Source of the DNA: a virus
Lineage: Duplodnaviria; Caudoviricetes
Reading direction: 5' to 3' (one strand)
DNA length: 64,000 nucleotides
Virus record (IMG/VR): IMGVR_UViG_3300044973_000253
Coordinates: 51,922 to 115,921 of that record
The notes beneath the pieces are model-generated. The model was not told where the DNA came from. It ran no database searches and saw nothing but the letters and a program-made list of their open reading frames with translations. Shown in pieces: positions 62,260 through 64,000 of the stretch (its first letter is position 1; the number at the start of each line of letters is the position of its first letter). Position numbers and translations under genes: made by a program.

Positions 62260-63444
62260 TTAAGATATCTTGATATTTATATCTTCTGGATTATCATCGT
62301 CAAGCACAGTTTCTGCATTATTCTCCTTTTCTGTATCTATTATCACATTATTGTCATAACCTATTATAGTCATGTTTCCTTCTTGCATTACATCTTTTCG
62401 CTTACATGAAATTCGTATTTTATCTCCATTCAGAAAATACACCTCTTCATTAAAATCAATCTGCTCCTCATTAATGAACATTGTGAATTCTGTAATATTT
62501 TCAGTATCTATAGTTTGCAAAACGAATGCGCTTCCAGATAAATCAAAAACAAATTCCACATCTTTATTACACAACCCAAAGGTCATGGTAAACGTTATGC
62601 CCCTGTATTCATATTGAGAATCATCTTTTTGTTCTGGACATCTATCATCATATTCTGCAATAACAGAATTTTCCTTTTTGTTATCCTTATCGCCCCGTAT
62701 TCCAATAACCTGTCTAAATCGGGAAGCAACATGACGAACCCTAAAATCTTTTTCTGTTATTATATAAGCCCTCACCAATATGGAATAAGATTGGGAATAA
62801 AATTTTCTGTCATCTATTGAATATTCCGATTTATCAGATATGTCATTTAACTTCATTGACATCGGATGCTGCTGAGGAAATATATAACATTGCAGTGACT
62901 TGAATTCATTGTTTACAATAAGGTTAAAATCATTCAGCAAATCAAATTTATTGGTTATTATTGATAATGTATATGTAAAATCGATAGACATTGGCTGTTT
63001 CATTTCATATACATCATAAGCCTGCTGACCATTTTCCTGTAATACAGGAGTGGAATATAATGGAAAGTATATATCTTTTGGTATGTTATAAGAATCACCA
63101 TATATGGTCCCTTTTTTAGGATTGTTATCCCTTGTTATGGTTTTGAAATTCATTTCCATATTTCCATTTTTATCCTGATGCGACCAGTTCTGTGCAAATT
63201 CTGATATCCTCTGATTGGAATATAATTCCATTGTAGGGAGTTTTTTCCCGTTATATGATATTTCGAGTTTGTTATCAACCCACTCCTTAAACGATGCGTC
63301 AATATCCTTATAACCAACCGTATTAGGGAAAGGCTTCGATTTATCAAGTATTTTCTTTGACATATTAAGCCTGTCCTCTTTTCCTATGGCATGGTTTCTT
63401 AAATCCATATAATGAAGAAATGGTTTTGCTTGTATTACAGACAT
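62260..63444 (-). CDS. Putative tail completion / terminator protein (T4 gp15-like), 394 aa
   Basis: DIDASF..WV, QPMSIDFTYTLSII pattern; directly upstream of the sheath gene. Confidence 0.55.
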   Translation of the reverse strand: MSVIQAKPFLHYMDLRNHAIGKEDRLNMSKKILDKSKPFPNTVGYKDIDASFKEWVDNKLEISYNGKKLPTMELYSNQRISEFAQNWSHQDKNGNMEMNFKTITRDNNPKKGTIYGDSYNIPKDIYFPLYSTPVLQENGQQAYDVYEMKQPMSIDFTYTLSIITNKFDLLNDFNLIVNNEFKSLQCYIFPQQHPMSMKLNDISDKSEYSIDDRKFYSQSYSILVRAYIITEKDFRVRHVASRFRQVIGIRGDKDNKKENSVIAEYDDRCPEQKDDSQYEYRGITFTMTFGLCNKDVEFVFDLSGSAFVLQTIDTENITEFTMFINEEQIDFNEEVYFLNGDKIRISCKRKDVMQEGNMTIIGYDNNVIIDTEKENNAETVLDDDNPEDINIKIS

Positions 63445-63486
63445 ATTGTTCTTTTTTACTATAAATAGCTTTTATTTATATAAACT

Positions 63487-63526
63487 AAAAGGCAGATGAA
63501 CAGTTAAGTTCATCCGCCTTTTTTTA
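63487..63526. terminator. Intrinsic terminator
   Basis: aaaaggcagatgaacagttaagttcatccgccttttttt. Confidence 0.65.
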
Positions 63527-63611
63527 TAAACTGTATAATTAATGTTGGCAATAATATACCTATTGAACTTTTTGTGGTTCTTCCGCTTTTTTTAATAAAA
63601 TTAAGACAGAA

Positions 63612-63806
63612 CTAAAATTGGCAATTCAATTTATTTTTAGTCAGTACTGCATCCACATCAGACATATTGCAGACGTATTCCTTGTACTCTGAAACAAGTA
63701 TACCTGTATTGTATTGCTTTAGTAATTTCCAATCTTTTTCTAAAGATTCTGATGTTGTTTTTGATAAATGTTCTAAAAATGCGTTATATAATTCTTTAGA
63801 TGTCAT
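63612..63806 (-). CDS. Small hypothetical protein, 64 aa
   Basis: ORF with an AT-rich upstream region; no family recognised. Confidence 0.5.
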   Translation of the reverse strand: MTSKELYNAFLEHLSKTTSESLEKDWKLLKQYNTGILVSEYKEYVCNMSDVDAVLTKNKLNCQF

Positions 63807-63874
63807 ACTATTTAATTATTTAAAATTCACACTATAAACAATATTATAGAAATACAAATTTATAATATTTTTTA

Positions 63875-64000
63875 ATGGATGAACTTAATAGATTGAAGGT
63901 AGTTCTTGTTGAACAGAAACGAACAGGCAAATGGTTGGCAGAACAACTTGGTGTGAGTGTAACTACAACAAGTCGTTGGTGTTCTAATGCGGCACAGCCA
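63875..64000 (+). CDS. XRE-family HTH regulator of Bacteroidota type, partial (runs off the right edge)
   Basis: MDELNRLKVVLVEQKRTGKWLAEQLGVSVTTTSRWCSNAAQP. Confidence 0.85.
   Translation, partial: MDELNRLKVVLVEQKRTGKWLAEQLGVSVTTTSRWCSNAAQP

Noticed and set aside
947-62820. Numerous 60-200 aa + strand ORFs antisense to large genes (e.g. 26472-27062, 51934-52323, 38728-39227)
   Set aside because: These are shadow ORFs of the minus-strand genes caused by codon bias or low-complexity tracts, with no recognisable motifs.
1-64000. Stop-codon recoding as in Lak or some crAss-like phages
   Set aside because: Very long ORFs are intact under the standard code and most genes end in TAA. The single in-frame TAA at 28965 is better explained as a point mutation.
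1-64000. tRNA, rRNA, introns or inteins
   Set aside because: No cloverleaf-like GC-rich intergenic segment was seen. NrdD, helicase and exonuclease have ordinary lengths with no visible intein motifs. tRNAscan-SE or Infernal would be needed to exclude them formally.

Overview
This 64 kb window is AT-rich and almost entirely minus-strand coding. It comes from a large T4-like myovirus (probably a jumbo phage) infecting an anaerobic Bacteroidota host, judged from TTTG-N19-21-TAnnTTTG promoters, a class III ribonucleotide reductase and a Bacteroidota-type XRE gene. It holds a contractile tail and baseplate module: sheath, tube, tail chaperone-like pair, tape measure, OmpA-domain and M23-domain hub proteins, gp53/LysM-, gp25- and gp6-like wedge proteins, and several 300 to >1900 aa structural proteins. 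It also holds a replication block (gp32-like SSB, 5'-3' exonuclease, DnaB-like helicase, NrdD). The most striking feature is a dispersed gene-cassette system. A roughly 200 bp repeat combines a terminator hairpin, a sigma54-consensus box, a Bacteroidota-like -33/-7 box, a TATTTAT putative late motif and a coding 25-aa leader (MRRVRLTEGQLH..IR..V...LNE). The non-coding part precedes seven small genes with different or hypervariable cargo, and an eighth gene carries the leader alone. Promoter types and leader types are reassorted between copies, one copy is split by a WG-repeat gene, and one cargo gene has a nonsense codon. I infer a recombination-shuffled library of capsid-targeted, protease-cleaved, possibly injected proteins. 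All product calls come from motif recognition by eye; no searches were run.
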